64,000 nucleotides of DNA from an uncultured Nitrospirales bacterium (GCA_964526915.1 CAZGMS010000072.1:7341-71340); one strand, 5' to 3'. Counted from the stretch's first letter, positions 1 through 10,348 are shown. Translations and numbers: made by a program. The notes: generated from the letters alone by a model not told the origin.

Positions 1-114
1 AATCCCGTTTGAAACTTTTGCATTGTTATTAAAATAATCTCTCATAAAAACCCTTTCACTTTTTTATCAGTATTTTTCAACTATTACCTTTTGCCTTTGA
101 CCTTACGCCTTTAG

Positions 115-130
115 CCCTGCGCCTTACGCC
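115..130. repeat. direct repeat copy 1 (CCCTGCGCCTTAcGCC), ending at the stop codon of the AAA-ATPase gene
   Basis: 15 of 16 identical to 1413-1428 (CCCTGCGCCTTAgGCC). A shorter CCTTACGCC is also repeated at 101-109 and 122-130. Confidence 0.3.
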
Positions 131-1276
131 CTACACCAACTCTCCAGCCCAAAGCTGATCAAGAAAATTACGCCACGGTAAAACTAGATGCTGCTTACCC
201 ACACGCCGCGGTTCAGACTCTAAACTGACAACAAGTGTTTTTTTTACGGGGCCATCTTCCAGTAATTTGTCCATAGCCAGCAGATCGCCATCATGCACTC
301 TACGACTGGCTTTGATTTCCAGCGCCAGGGCCTTGTCGTTGATGACAAAATCCACTTCGTCTCCATTGCTGGTTCTCCAGAACGTGATCTGCATTTCTGG
401 CTGACGATAGGCGCGATACGCCATCAACTCCATCAATATATAATGTTCAAAAGATTTTCCAAACTCTGGTGTGCCCACTTGGGGTGTACGTCCTGTAAGA
501 AAATTTGCCACACCGATATCAAAAAAATAAAATTTTTCAGTTTCGATCAACCGCCTATTTTTTGATTTGGTCCACGGTGGCACGCGATAACCCAAATACG
601 TATCCTCCAACACATCAAAATACGATCTCACCACTTTGGGCGACACACCAGTTTCGCGCCCAACATTGGCATAATTGATAAGTTCACTGCTTGTCAGTGC
701 TGCCACCTGCAAAAATTCATGAAAAGCGGGCAAGTTTGTTACCAGTGCCTCTGCGGCAATCTCTTCTTTTAAATAATCCGCCAGATAAGCCCTCAGCTCC
801 TCTTTGGGATCTGGTGACAGGTAATGAGGCGGCAGTAGCCCGCTAACCATAATCTTTTCTAAATCAAAACCTGTTACTTCGGTATAGGAAAGTGGCGTCA
901 TGTGCCGGCGCCACGCTCTACCTCCCAGCAAATTAGCCGCCCCGTGTTTCAGTTTGCGCGCGCTGGATCCTGTCAATAAAAACGACGAGGAACTGTTTTC
1001 TATCAGCCAATGAACTTCGTCCAACAACGCTGGAATTTTTTGCACTTCATCGATAACGACCAAACCTTCACTATCTTTTAAACGCTCGATCAGCAAACCT
1101 GGTCTGGTGGAATAAGAGAGAAACTCTTGCGGCAACAGCAAATCAATCAGACGGCACTGTTTCATATTCTGTTTGATCCAGTAGGACTTGCCTGTTTTTC
1201 TGGGCCCCCACAAGAACGCCGATTTGCCCTTTGGCAGATTCAATTCAAAGATTCTTTTGGAAATTGTCGTTTTCAT
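131..1276 (-). CDS. AAA+ ATPase (AAA_14 / DUF4143-type ATP-binding protein)
   Basis: 381 aa ORF. Walker A GPRKTGKS near the N-terminus, and the overall layout of the ATPase-plus-DUF4143 family. Last gene of the array, separated from the upstream gene by a 165-bp gap. Confidence 0.7.
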   Translation of the reverse strand: MKTTISKRIFELNLPKGKSAFLWGPRKTGKSYWIKQNMKQCRLIDLLLPQEFLSYSTRPGLLIERLKDSEGLVVIDEVQKIPALLDEVHWLIENSSSSFLLTGSSARKLKHGAANLLGGRAWRRHMTPLSYTEVTGFDLEKIMVSGLLPPHYLSPDPKEELRAYLADYLKEEIAAEALVTNLPAFHEFLQVAALTSSELINYANVGRETGVSPKVVRSYFDVLEDTYLGYRVPPWTKSKNRRLIETEKFYFFDIGVANFLTGRTPQVGTPEFGKSFEHYILMELMAYRAYRQPEMQITFWRTSNGDEVDFVINDKALALEIKASRRVHDGDLLAMDKLLEDGPVKKTLVVSLESEPRRVGKQHLVLPWRNFLDQLWAGELV

Positions 1277-1342
1277 TTTCTGTCAGCAGCTTACCACAAA
1301 AATTCCGCATCTTCAAGCATGATTATCTTCCCAAACAGGTGT

Positions 1343-1358
1343 GTTTATCCAGATAAAC
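1343..1358. promoter_or_regulatory. inverted repeat GTTTATC-CA-GATAAAC in the 165-bp gap upstream of the AAA-ATPase gene
   Basis: Read directly from sequence. 7-bp perfect arms with a 2-bp spacer, about 70-80 bp upstream of the ATPase start codon (minus strand). Confidence 0.25.
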
Positions 1359-1412
1359 CTACCTAATTGTGCCGATTATCTTCTTGCCACACCTTGGGCT
1401 TCTCACCTGACA

Positions 1413-1428
1413 CCCTGCGCCTTAGGCC
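1413..1428. repeat. direct repeat copy 2 (CCCTGCGCCTTAgGCC) in the intergenic region upstream of the AAA-ATPase gene
   Basis: See copy 1. Together the two copies bracket the ATPase gene plus its upstream region (about 1.3 kb). Confidence 0.3.
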
Positions 1429-1441
1429 ATTATTCATAAAT

Positions 1442-3328
1442 TCACACATTTTTTTCTTTGATTACCTCATCACACAGCGATGGGGCTAGTTGGTAGGTGG
1501 TCACAACCCGTTTGAGCAATTTATACAATTCGCTCATCTTACCGTCTTGTTTCGAAAGGGCCGCACATTCATTAATGTTTTTCAACAGTGAAGCAGAATC
1601 ATCGATTGATCCAATAGCCATGTTTATTTTTGGATGCTTGGTTGGACAAACTTTTTCTGTTTCATCGTACAGTTCTTCATAAAGTTTTTCACCTGGCCGC
1701 AAACCACAAAACTCAATCTTGATATCTGTGTTTGGCTCAAAACCGCAAAGTCTGATCATATTCACTGCCAAGTCCATGATTTTGACCTGCTTGCCCATAT
1801 CCAAAACAAAAATTTCGCCGCCGTTTCCCAACACACTGGCAAACAAAACGAGTTGCACGGCCTCGGGGATCATCATAAAATAGCGTTTGATGTCTGGGTG
1901 TGTCACCGTAATTGGCCCGCCCTGTTGAATCTGTTTAGTGAAAAGAGGGATCACCGAACCCTGACTGCCAATCACATTGCCAAAGCGCACGGCAATAAAT
2001 TTTGTTTTTGAATTTTCCTGAAAAACCTTGCACAGCAATTCAGCCATCCTCTTGGTCACACCCAAAATATTTGTGGGATTGACAGCCTTATCTGTTGAAA
2101 TAAAAACAAACCGTTCAACACCGTGCTCCTTTGATAACTCCGCCAGCTTTTTTGTGCCTTCAACATTGACAGAAATTGCCTGATAAATATTATCTTCTAA
2201 AATTGGCACATGTTTATAAGCCGCTGCGTGCAAAACGATTTGTGGCTGTGCCTGTTTAAAAAAACGACCCAGCGCCCAGTGATCAGTAATGTCACAAAGC
2301 ATGGGCACAAATTCCACATTGGGAAATTTTACCTGACATTCGCGGAACAAAAAATACAAAGGTGATTCTGCCTGATCTAGCAAATACACAATCGCTGGGC
2401 CCATTTGCGCCACCTGCTTTACCAATTCTTCACCAATGGAGCCTGCGGCCCCAGTCACCAGCACGCGTTTATTAACGTAAGTTTTGCGAACTGATGAGAG
2501 ATCTTCGATGATGGGTTCTCTGGCCAACAAATCTTCCAGTTTAAGATTCCTGATTTCAAACGTAGCAGAATTCTCAGAAAGTTCTGAAAGGCTGGGCATG
2601 ATTTTGACTTGGGCTTTGGCTTCAAAACATTTTTCAGCCAAACTTCTGAGCAGTGCTGGCCCAGCAGAGGGAATGGCAATCACAACCTCGTTCACCTCGT
2701 TGGCTTGGACAATCTCCACTATCTGATGGGTTGCCCCCAAAACCTTGACACCATGAATCTCATGATTTTTCTTCCAAGGATCGTCATCCAAAAAGCCCAC
2801 TACCTCATACTGTGTGGTGTCGTGTTTGACGCGCCGACAGGCAATGTCACCACCGTCACCGGCCCCCACAATCAGTACCCTTTTAAGTGTTGAGGGCACG
2901 GGGCCCACGTTCCTGTACAACCTAACCAATAAACGCAAACCACCAAAACTCAAAACAAACAACATGTGGTCCACCAGCAAAATGCGCAAGGCATCATGCC
3001 CCAAGCCCGTCACGAGCATGCTGACAATATTCAATGCGAAACTGACCGCCGCCACTTTGACGATCAGTATCAGATCGGAAATGCTCGAATACTTCCAAAT
3101 GCCGCGATTGACACCAAAAAGGTAAGCCAGCCCCAACTGGGACGCCACAATGATGAACCCAAAAAGGCCAGAAAACACTACCTTGCCGGGATACACCAGA
3201 TAATCTGAAAGCAGAAGATTGAAGACGATCAAGCCACAAAAGGCAGACAAGACCAATAAAAACCGGCCCCTATTGTTTCTCACAATTCTGTCGGTCAGGG
3301 TTTTAAAAAATAAGATTCGTTTTCTCAT
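1442..3328 (-). CDS. membrane-anchored UDP-N-acetylglucosamine 4,6-dehydratase (PglF / WbpM / CapD family)
   Basis: 628 aa. Hydrophobic N-terminal segment with several TM helices, then two Rossmann motifs (VLIVGAGDGGDIACRRV and VLVTGAAGSIGEEL). This is the typical polysaccharide-biosynthesis CapD architecture. Confidence 0.85.
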   Translation of the reverse strand: MRKRILFFKTLTDRIVRNNRGRFLLVLSAFCGLIVFNLLLSDYLVYPGKVVFSGLFGFIIVASQLGLAYLFGVNRGIWKYSSISDLILIVKVAAVSFALNIVSMLVTGLGHDALRILLVDHMLFVLSFGGLRLLVRLYRNVGPVPSTLKRVLIVGAGDGGDIACRRVKHDTTQYEVVGFLDDDPWKKNHEIHGVKVLGATHQIVEIVQANEVNEVVIAIPSAGPALLRSLAEKCFEAKAQVKIMPSLSELSENSATFEIRNLKLEDLLAREPIIEDLSSVRKTYVNKRVLVTGAAGSIGEELVKQVAQMGPAIVYLLDQAESPLYFLFRECQVKFPNVEFVPMLCDITDHWALGRFFKQAQPQIVLHAAAYKHVPILEDNIYQAISVNVEGTKKLAELSKEHGVERFVFISTDKAVNPTNILGVTKRMAELLCKVFQENSKTKFIAVRFGNVIGSQGSVIPLFTKQIQQGGPITVTHPDIKRYFMMIPEAVQLVLFASVLGNGGEIFVLDMGKQVKIMDLAVNMIRLCGFEPNTDIKIEFCGLRPGEKLYEELYDETEKVCPTKHPKINMAIGSIDDSASLLKNINECAALSKQDGKMSELYKLLKRVVTTYQLAPSLCDEVIKEKNV

Positions 3329-3418
3329 GAGTGCCTCACAGAGCGGGCGGTATAATCATAAGCGAAAAGGGATGCAATCAAAAGATAGATTGGAGCATCA
3401 AATAGTCAGATGCGGTGG

Positions 3419-4546
3419 TTAAGCTTGCTCCAAAGCTTTCATGCGGGTAATGTATTCACGAAAAAAGGCCACAAAAACAGAGATAAACAAGGCCCCCATG
3501 AAAGAAATGATGCAAATCTGCGCTCTTTTGGGTGCAAATTTTTCCTCGGGAGGGATCGCGGGATCAATGACTGTAAACGAAATATCTTCTTTGGCCTCCT
3601 GTATTTTGGCCATTTCGTATTGTCCGGCAAGCGTCATCTGCACCTGCAAGAGCAGTTGGTGTTGTGCCATCAAGTTTTCCAAAAGAACAGATAATGGCAC
3701 CTTACCATTTGACTTTGATTCAGCAATTTTGCGTTCGTTTTCTGCCTTTTCTTTGAGAAGTTTTTCAACATCAACAGCATCAACACCACTCACAGTCTGT
3801 ACTGTCGTAGACACAGCTGGCAATAACGGCAAGACGCCAGTCCCAACGTTTCTTGAAAAATCATTGATCTCCATCCCGTTTTTCAAGCGGTCTTCCTTGT
3901 TTTGCGCCATTTGTTGTTCCAAGAATATCCGGTTTCGCTTGGCAGAAGTGAGTGTCTGTTTTCCCAAGAAAACCTGAAGTTCCCGCAAATAGGCGTTTGC
4001 AATTCTGGCCGAAAGCTGTGGATCCGTGGTTGCAACACTTACAGAAATCGAGCCCTCTTTTATATCCTCTATTACCGAAACCATTCCACTCATTAATAGT
4101 GTCACGGCTTTCTGTAATGTTGGCATTTCTTCTGGCGTTGTGGTCATCCATTGATTGGTCGTGTTATCCCAATAATCCATGAACAACACCTTCATTAGCT
4201 GTTCTTTTTCAATCACGGCCTCCGCGACTGAACGACTTTTTAATATCATTACTAATTTAGTGGTACTACTGGTTCCAGCACTCACCCCTGCAAGAGATGC
4301 CAGGCCACCAAATTGTGCTAAAAGAGAAGAAAAGCCTCCCATGGACTCATTAGCACTTACAGGAAAAATAACCGCTGTCGATCGATATTGTTTGTCCATC
4401 AGGCCACTACCAATAACCGCCACAACAGACACAATGAGAAGGGCAAGAAAGATCATGAGCTTGTTCTTGTTGACTACCCTCAAAATATCCAGGATATTTG
4501 TTTCTCCACTATGCCCCTTGGCAGTTGTACCAACATTTTCTGTCAT
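3419..4546 (-). CDS. Wzz-like polysaccharide chain-length determinant (PCP family)
   Basis: 375 aa. One TM helix near the N-terminus (LMIFLALLIVSVVAVIGSGL) and one near the C-terminus (ICIISFMGALFISVFVAF). The central periplasmic region is predicted coiled-coil-rich. Context is an O-antigen cluster. Confidence 0.55.
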   Translation of the reverse strand: MTENVGTTAKGHSGETNILDILRVVNKNKLMIFLALLIVSVVAVIGSGLMDKQYRSTAVIFPVSANESMGGFSSLLAQFGGLASLAGVSAGTSSTTKLVMILKSRSVAEAVIEKEQLMKVLFMDYWDNTTNQWMTTTPEEMPTLQKAVTLLMSGMVSVIEDIKEGSISVSVATTDPQLSARIANAYLRELQVFLGKQTLTSAKRNRIFLEQQMAQNKEDRLKNGMEINDFSRNVGTGVLPLLPAVSTTVQTVSGVDAVDVEKLLKEKAENERKIAESKSNGKVPLSVLLENLMAQHQLLLQVQMTLAGQYEMAKIQEAKEDISFTVIDPAIPPEEKFAPKRAQICIISFMGALFISVFVAFFREYITRMKALEQA

Positions 4547-4591
4547 AATGATCAGTGCCTCAATTTTAGGATATTAGTCAAACATCAGCCA

Positions 4592-5794
4592 CTAGCGTGT
4601 AGCCTTTGATACAACATCAGTCAATGTAGAACAAGTCCTATGTAACTCATTTTGCGTTAAGGTTGGATGAACAACAAACATCACACTGGTTTCGCCAAGC
4701 TGTTTTGCCAGTGCAAGACGTTTTTCTGGCCGCAGCCCTGTAACGTCAAAAGCTTTTTCCAGATAAATCTCTGAACACGAACCCGTGTAACAGGGAACCC
4801 CCTGCTTGTTGATTTCGGCTACGATACGATCTCGTGACCACCCCGAAGACAATGCTTCGGGCCTCACATACACATAACACTTATACCAAGCATGTTCTAT
4901 ATGAGAAGGAACTTCAGGAACTCTCAATGCAGGACATTGTCTTGCCGCGGCCAAGATTGCCTGTGCATTTGCTCTGCGCGCTAAATGCCACTGATCTAGT
5001 TTTTTTAATTGAATTCTTCCAATCGCCGCCTGCATTTCAATCATGCGCCAGTTGGTACCAATGGAGTGATGCACCCACTTAAAACAATTGCCTTCTTCAC
5101 CATTATTCATCGCTTGATACGATTTCCCATGATCCTTATAAGACCAGGCATAATTCCAAACCTCTCCATCGTTTGTCGTGAGCATCCCTCCCTCACCACC
5201 TGTGGTCATGATTTTATCCTGACAAAACGACCAAGCACCCACATGGCCGATACTTCCCACTTTTTTCCCATTGTACTCTGCCCCATGGGCCTGAGCACAA
5301 TCCTCGATCACAAAAAGCCCGTGGTCTTTCGCAAGTGTTATGATTGCATCCATCTCACAAGGCCAACCAGCAAGATGCACAGGGATAATCGCCCTGGTTT
5401 TTTTTGTTAATACCTTCGCAATTGAATCGGCTGTGATGTTGCCACTATCCGGATCAACATCAGCAAATACAGGCTTCGCACCGACTGTGATCACACAACC
5501 TACGGAGGCAATAAAACTACGAGGCGTCACCACCACCTCATCACCGGGCCCCACTCCCAGTGCCTTAAGTGCAAGTTCCAGGGCCACCGTCCCATTCGCC
5601 AGAGCCACAGCATGCTTTACACCAGTATAGCCAGCAAACTCTTCCTCGAACCTCCTGCACTCTGCTCCAGTCCAATAATTTATTTTGCCAGATCGCAAGA
5701 CCTGCGAAACAACATCAATTTCGCCTTGTTCAAAACATGGCCAACAAGAACTTAAACTGTTATCTGATAACATTATGTTTTGTTTGGTTTTCAT
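4592..5794 (-). CDS. DegT/DnrJ/EryC1/StrS-family PLP-dependent sugar aminotransferase (PglE / WbpE-like)
   Basis: Family motifs throughout, e.g. ALANGTVALELALKALGVGPGDEVVVTPRSFIAS. The ORF track starts at 5833. I prefer the ATG at 5794, which forms an ATGA overlap with the stop of the upstream gene (rc of tcat at 5791-5794). An ATG at 5773 is also possible. Confidence 0.8.
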   Translation of the reverse strand: MKTKQNIMLSDNSLSSCWPCFEQGEIDVVSQVLRSGKINYWTGAECRRFEEEFAGYTGVKHAVALANGTVALELALKALGVGPGDEVVVTPRSFIASVGCVITVGAKPVFADVDPDSGNITADSIAKVLTKKTRAIIPVHLAGWPCEMDAIITLAKDHGLFVIEDCAQAHGAEYNGKKVGSIGHVGAWSFCQDKIMTTGGEGGMLTTNDGEVWNYAWSYKDHGKSYQAMNNGEEGNCFKWVHHSIGTNWRMIEMQAAIGRIQLKKLDQWHLARRANAQAILAAARQCPALRVPEVPSHIEHAWYKCYVYVRPEALSSGWSRDRIVAEINKQGVPCYTGSCSEIYLEKAFDVTGLRPEKRLALAKQLGETSVMFVVHPTLTQNELHRTCSTLTDVVSKATR

Positions 5795-6429
5795 TTGCTT
5801 GTTGCTTTTGTTATTCTGGCTGGCACGCCACATGCTGTAACAGAATCTGGCAGATCAGAAATCACAACGCCCCCCGCTCCAACTATTGAATTCTCACCAA
5901 TGACCAATCCCGGAATCGCCACACTGCCAATTCCCATAAAAACTCTATTACCAACTTTCACATTCCCTGCCAATTTTGCTCCGGGACCGATATGAACATA
6001 ATCACCAATGATACAATCATGGTCAATCACAGCGCCAGTATTAACGATACAATGTTTGCCTACAACAGCACCTGGTTGAATAACTGCTCCCGCAAAGATC
6101 ACAGTGCCACAACCAATTTTAACAGAAGGATGCACATAGGCACTTGGGTGAACAACTGTCACCCAAGTGTTATTCATTAATTCTTTAGCAATTTTTTCTC
6201 GAAATCGATTGTCGCCAAACGCCATGAGCAAAGAACATTCCTTGTTTTTGGCCATTTCACTTAAAGGGCCTACAACATTAACACCTAAAACAGTTTTGTT
6301 TCTCTTTGATTCATCGTCATCATATAGGCATTCAACTTTAAACCCACTATCAAGCAAAGTGGCCACGACAACTTTCGCATGCCCACCTGCACCCAAAATA
6401 TAGACCGGATCATTTTGCTTCATCAACAC
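5791..6429 (-). CDS. hexapeptide-repeat sugar N-acetyltransferase (PglD / NeuD family)
   Basis: 212 aa. N-terminal Rossmann-like YILGAGGHAKVV followed by left-handed beta-helix repeats (IGCGTVIFAGAVIQPGAVVGKHCIVNTGAVIDHDCIIGDYVHIGPGA). Confidence 0.75.
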   Translation of the reverse strand: MLMKQNDPVYILGAGGHAKVVVATLLDSGFKVECLYDDDESKRNKTVLGVNVVGPLSEMAKNKECSLLMAFGDNRFREKIAKELMNNTWVTVVHPSAYVHPSVKIGCGTVIFAGAVIQPGAVVGKHCIVNTGAVIDHDCIIGDYVHIGPGAKLAGNVKVGNRVFMGIGSVAIPGLVIGENSIVGAGGVVISDLPDSVTACGVPARITKATSK

Positions 6430-7042
6430 CCCTCTTGATTGAGCCTGTAAATTTTGGCATGGTCACATGCCCCTCAGCATTGATGCCTTTTCTTTGAAAC
6501 AAACGCACTATGGTGATAAATAATATTTTGATATCCAGCAAAATACTTTGATGATCAACATACCAAACATCCAGCTTGAATCTCTCTTCCCACGAAATGG
6601 CATTACGCCCATTAATCTGCGCCCAGCCAGTGATCCCTGGTTTAACCACATGCCGCCTTGTCTGTTCAGGACTGTAAAGCGGCACATACTCCGGAAGAAG
6701 AGGCCGTGGCCCCACAAAACTCATGTCGCCTTTCAATACATTCCACAACTCTGGCAGTTCGTCTAAACTCATTTTTCGCAAAAAAATACCAACTGCAGTC
6801 AATCTCTCTTCATCTGACAATAAATTGCCCTTCATATCACATTGAGTTTTCATTGTTCTAAACTTATACAACACAAATTTTCTTGTGTTCATGCCAACAC
6901 GTTGTTGTTTGAATAACATGTTACCTGGTAAAGTGACCAGCAAGACAAAGGAAATAAATACCAATAATGGAGCACAAAAAACCAAACCAAAAAAGGAAAG
7001 AAAGAAATCTGACGCTCTCTTAAATTTATAACTCTGTACCAT
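6410..7042 (-). CDS. small initiating phosphoglycosyl transferase (PglC / WbaP-C-terminal 'bacterial sugar transferase' family)
   Basis: 210 aa with a single N-terminal TM helix. Conserved motifs KFRTM, DELPELWNVLKGDMSFVGPRP and GITGWAQ. Confidence 0.85.
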   Translation of the reverse strand: MVQSYKFKRASDFFLSFFGLVFCAPLLVFISFVLLVTLPGNMLFKQQRVGMNTRKFVLYKFRTMKTQCDMKGNLLSDEERLTAVGIFLRKMSLDELPELWNVLKGDMSFVGPRPLLPEYVPLYSPEQTRRHVVKPGITGWAQINGRNAISWEERFKLDVWYVDHQSILLDIKILFITIVRLFQRKGINAEGHVTMPKFTGSIKRGVDEAK

Positions 7043-7152
7043 AGTACCACAAAACAGAAGTTGTTTTATCTAATAAAACACAAGACTATTTTTTCACGCA
7101 ACCTTACGCTAGAAAAAAGTGTGTCAAATAGCAACAAAGTAAGTGACTGGCA

Positions 7153-8406
7153 CTACACTGATATTGACTCAAGCCACTTAACCATTCTTGGGTAAACAAC
7201 ATCTGCTGATAATTCCTTGTTATAAAATGACATGGCTTGCTCAGACATTTTTTTTATCACGTCCGGTTGACTATAAAATTCAAAAAGAACATCGTACAAT
7301 TTATGTTCGTCCTTGTAATCATAGATAACACCACATCTGTTCTGCTGAAGAACATTTCCTATCACGCCATCAATTCCAGCGACTACTGGAAGCCCTGCAG
7401 AAAAATACTCCCCTATTTTATTTGGCAACGACATAAGAAAATCTATTGTCGGTTGATAAGGGGCCAAACCTATGTAAGAATAATTCAATAAATATTGAAT
7501 TTGGGCCCCATCAAGCCTGCCAGGAAACACAATGTTTGAGCAATCTGTAGTTTTTTTTCTTAGCCCCTCCAAAAACTCTCCGTTTCCACACATGACAAAA
7601 TAATAATCAGTTACATTTTTTAATTTTCTGGCAACATTAATGATGGTATCAAAATCAAATTGCCGACTCATTGAACCAATAAAACAAATCACTTTTTTAT
7701 GAAAGCCCGGTCCAACGCCATACCGTGCCCAAAAGTCTCTTGTCTCTTTTGATTCTTGATATTGATATTTTTTACAAGCCAAATAAAAAGGTTGATCGTT
7801 CTTACAGGTTTTTCTTCCTGATAATTTCAAGCCCCAATCTATAACCTGTTGCGTAATCCCTGTCACCGCAGTAGCTGATCTTATGGCTTGTTTTAATTGC
7901 CTATAATAAGGCCACATTATTTTTTTACAAATTGGCCTCAAACCTTTTGAAAAAGATCTTAAAAAAATATCTGGCCATAAATCTCTCAGGTCAAGAACAA
8001 CAGGCACATTGTTCAAGCGCCCATATCTTATAGCTTCTCTAGCCAACTCTATTGTTGGCATGGAACATAAAATTAGATCTGGGGGAGCAAAGAATGAAGC
8101 CATTTTTTTAAATTTTTTGGCAATCAAACAATGATCAAGGAGCCGTCTCACTGAAACACTTTTTGAATATCCCATAGAATTCATCAACACAAGCTGGCAG
8201 CAATCCTTCAAGTTAATCACTTGATCTTTATCAAATCGATGCTTTCTCTGAAAGTGATCAAAATCAGAGGCCCACCAAACCACTTCGTGACCTTGTTCAA
8301 TAAGATAATTTGCCAGCATGCCCATGCGATAAAGCCTAGGATTTTCACCATCAATGGGCAAAACCTCACCAATTTTTATCAACCATACTCTCATACGACT
8401 TTTCAA
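7153..8406 (-). CDS. glycosyltransferase, GT4 family (GT-B fold)
   Basis: 417 aa. The C-terminal half carries the Glycos_transf_1-type E...G.P.V motif region (KIGEYFSAGLPVVAG). Lies in the AT-rich serotype-specific segment. Confidence 0.65.
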   Translation of the reverse strand: MKSRMRVWLIKIGEVLPIDGENPRLYRMGMLANYLIEQGHEVVWWASDFDHFQRKHRFDKDQVINLKDCCQLVLMNSMGYSKSVSVRRLLDHCLIAKKFKKMASFFAPPDLILCSMPTIELAREAIRYGRLNNVPVVLDLRDLWPDIFLRSFSKGLRPICKKIMWPYYRQLKQAIRSATAVTGITQQVIDWGLKLSGRKTCKNDQPFYLACKKYQYQESKETRDFWARYGVGPGFHKKVICFIGSMSRQFDFDTIINVARKLKNVTDYYFVMCGNGEFLEGLRKKTTDCSNIVFPGRLDGAQIQYLLNYSYIGLAPYQPTIDFLMSLPNKIGEYFSAGLPVVAGIDGVIGNVLQQNRCGVIYDYKDEHKLYDVLFEFYSQPDVIKKMSEQAMSFYNKELSADVVYPRMVKWLESISV

Positions 8407-9230
8407 ACAATTTTATAATCATTATCGTTAGCCCGAATCTCTTTTATAGCTTCTTCATATGTACAAAAACAAATGTTTTGATTCTTAATATATTCTATGA
8501 GCCAAACATACCATTTTTTCCACATCATAAAATCAGGGCCAAAATATCTATCATGAAAAATAACGCTCAAAAATGGTTGGTTTTCATTTTCTGCTTTCTC
8601 GATAAGTTGAATGGTTGTTTTCTGTATTGCATTAAAATCTTTTCTCTGCCAACGAGTCCTTTTAGAATTCATCAAATCTGAATCCATGACTTGAACTGGA
8701 AAAGAATAAAAATCACCAATGGCTGTTATTTCACTTCCTCTGACACTCGCCGTGTAGAGATAACCTAATTCAGCAAGCCAGACTAGTGTGTTTGAAGAAT
8801 GCCTCAAGTAATGCATCCGAATCCCAAAATCCTGAAGACCTGATAATTCTGAAAACAATCTGTGCTCATTCTTCATTTGTGTATAATCATCAAAAGCAAT
8901 GCCATGCACACCAACTCGAAAACCCTTATTAAGAACCCTTCTTATCCAATAGACTGCACGTTTATGAGAATAAGACAGTCCCAATCCTTTGGCCACTCCT
9001 ATATAAAATGTGGATGGAATTTTGTGTTTTCGGTCAAATTCCATCAAATCGTCAATGTTATTCCACTGATTACGCATTGAATAATAAAATCTAAGAAAAC
9101 ACTCCTTAATAGAAATTATTCCTAAAACTGTTTCAATGATTGTTCTGATAATAAATTTAGGAATGATCATATCCTTCCAATGCTCCAAAAAACTGATATG
9201 ATCGACGTCATGTGACACAATAACTTTCAT
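8403..9230 (-). CDS. polysaccharide deacetylase-like protein (CE4-like, divergent)
   Basis: 275 aa. N-terminal VSHDVDH (variant of the CE4 TFDDG/HDVD motif), later HGIAFDD and IFHDRYF His/Asp motifs. 4-bp overlaps with both neighbours. Confidence 0.4.
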   Translation of the reverse strand: MKVIVSHDVDHISFLEHWKDMIIPKFIIRTIIETVLGIISIKECFLRFYYSMRNQWNNIDDLMEFDRKHKIPSTFYIGVAKGLGLSYSHKRAVYWIRRVLNKGFRVGVHGIAFDDYTQMKNEHRLFSELSGLQDFGIRMHYLRHSSNTLVWLAELGYLYTASVRGSEITAIGDFYSFPVQVMDSDLMNSKRTRWQRKDFNAIQKTTIQLIEKAENENQPFLSVIFHDRYFGPDFMMWKKWYVWLIEYIKNQNICFCTYEEAIKEIRANDNDYKIV

Positions 9231-10348
9231 TCTGTTATCTGCTCTTGTTTAAATAACTTATCATACAAAGATATGAGTGCTTTCTCCTCATTAGCCCAAT
9301 TATACTTTGCCAGCACTGCCCTTTGTCCATTTTGCCCCATCTGATGAGCCTCTTCTGGATGCTCAATGATCCACTTGATTGCTCGAGCAATTTCTCTCAC
9401 ATCCAAAGGATTAACACAAATTCCACAATGGTGCTCATCAACAATTTTTTTCCACAAAGGAAAATCTGATGCAATAACCGGTAGACCGACTAACATATAC
9501 TCAAACATCTTAACGGGCAAACTGTCTGCATGTTGACCCTGGGGGTGCAAAACAACAAAGCCTGCGCATGAACCACCTAACACTTTCATGACTTCTTCTC
9601 GGCCTAAGAAACCCATATAATTAGTTTTTTTCCATCCAGACATATTCATTACGTTTTTTCTTAATTCTTTTGAATCAAATTTTCCCGCTAAATCAAAACG
9701 TGCATCTGCCATATCGATGGCTTGAATCATCTCAGTAATACCTCGTGCTTTTGTGACAGCCCCCACATAACAAACAGTATTTGCGGATTTTGTTATATCA
9801 CTTTTTTCAACAAGTTTTTTTTCGTCAAGAATGGGATAATTACACACCAAAACAACTTGTGGGTGAAACTTGGCAAACCGCTCTTGAATCGTTTCAGTTG
9901 CACAAACGACAGCATGAAATTTTTTTGCGGCAATATTTTCAAATTTTTCCACACATTTTGCCAACAAGCCACGAACAACCATAGGAATCCACGTTTTAAC
10001 CAACATTTGCCGAGGCAAATCTTCATGCACATCATAAATAATTTTTTTTCCTCTTTTTTTAAGCTTCAAAGCATAAGGGATCATTTCAGGATCGTGAATA
10101 TGGTAACAATGAGCATTGACCTGTATCGCTTGTTTATATACCTGATGCGTTGAAATAAGAAACCGATGCCACCGACTTTTTGGTTTTGTAATCGTAATGA
10201 TTTTAACTTGAGTTCTTGGAACATTTTTGTTTTCTAAAGCAACATATGAAACATGGTACCCTTCGTTGAGTAAGGAACAACACTCTTTATGAAGTATCCT
10301 CACGCTATTTGTGGAATGACCCGAACTTAAGTGACAAACCTTTATCAT
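9227..10348 (-). CDS. glycosyltransferase, GT4 family
   Basis: 373 aa. C-terminal motif LPVKMFEYMLVGLPVIASD typical of GT4 retaining glycosyltransferases. Confidence 0.75.
   Translation of the reverse strand: MIKVCHLSSGHSTNSVRILHKECCSLLNEGYHVSYVALENKNVPRTQVKIITITKPKSRWHRFLISTHQVYKQAIQVNAHCYHIHDPEMIPYALKLKKRGKKIIYDVHEDLPRQMLVKTWIPMVVRGLLAKCVEKFENIAAKKFHAVVCATETIQERFAKFHPQVVLVCNYPILDEKKLVEKSDITKSANTVCYVGAVTKARGITEMIQAIDMADARFDLAGKFDSKELRKNVMNMSGWKKTNYMGFLGREEVMKVLGGSCAGFVVLHPQGQHADSLPVKMFEYMLVGLPVIASDFPLWKKIVDEHHCGICVNPLDVREIARAIKWIIEHPEEAHQMGQNGQRAVLAKYNWANEEKALISLYDKLFKQEQITE

Noticed and set aside
1343-1358. Inverted repeat GTTTATC-CA-GATAAAC as a rho-independent terminator for the PglF/WbpM-like gene
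   Set aside because: A 7-bp stem with a 2-nt loop is weak, and there is no following U-run on the minus strand. An operator or promoter-element role for the ATPase gene is more plausible, so it is listed as regulatory with low confidence.
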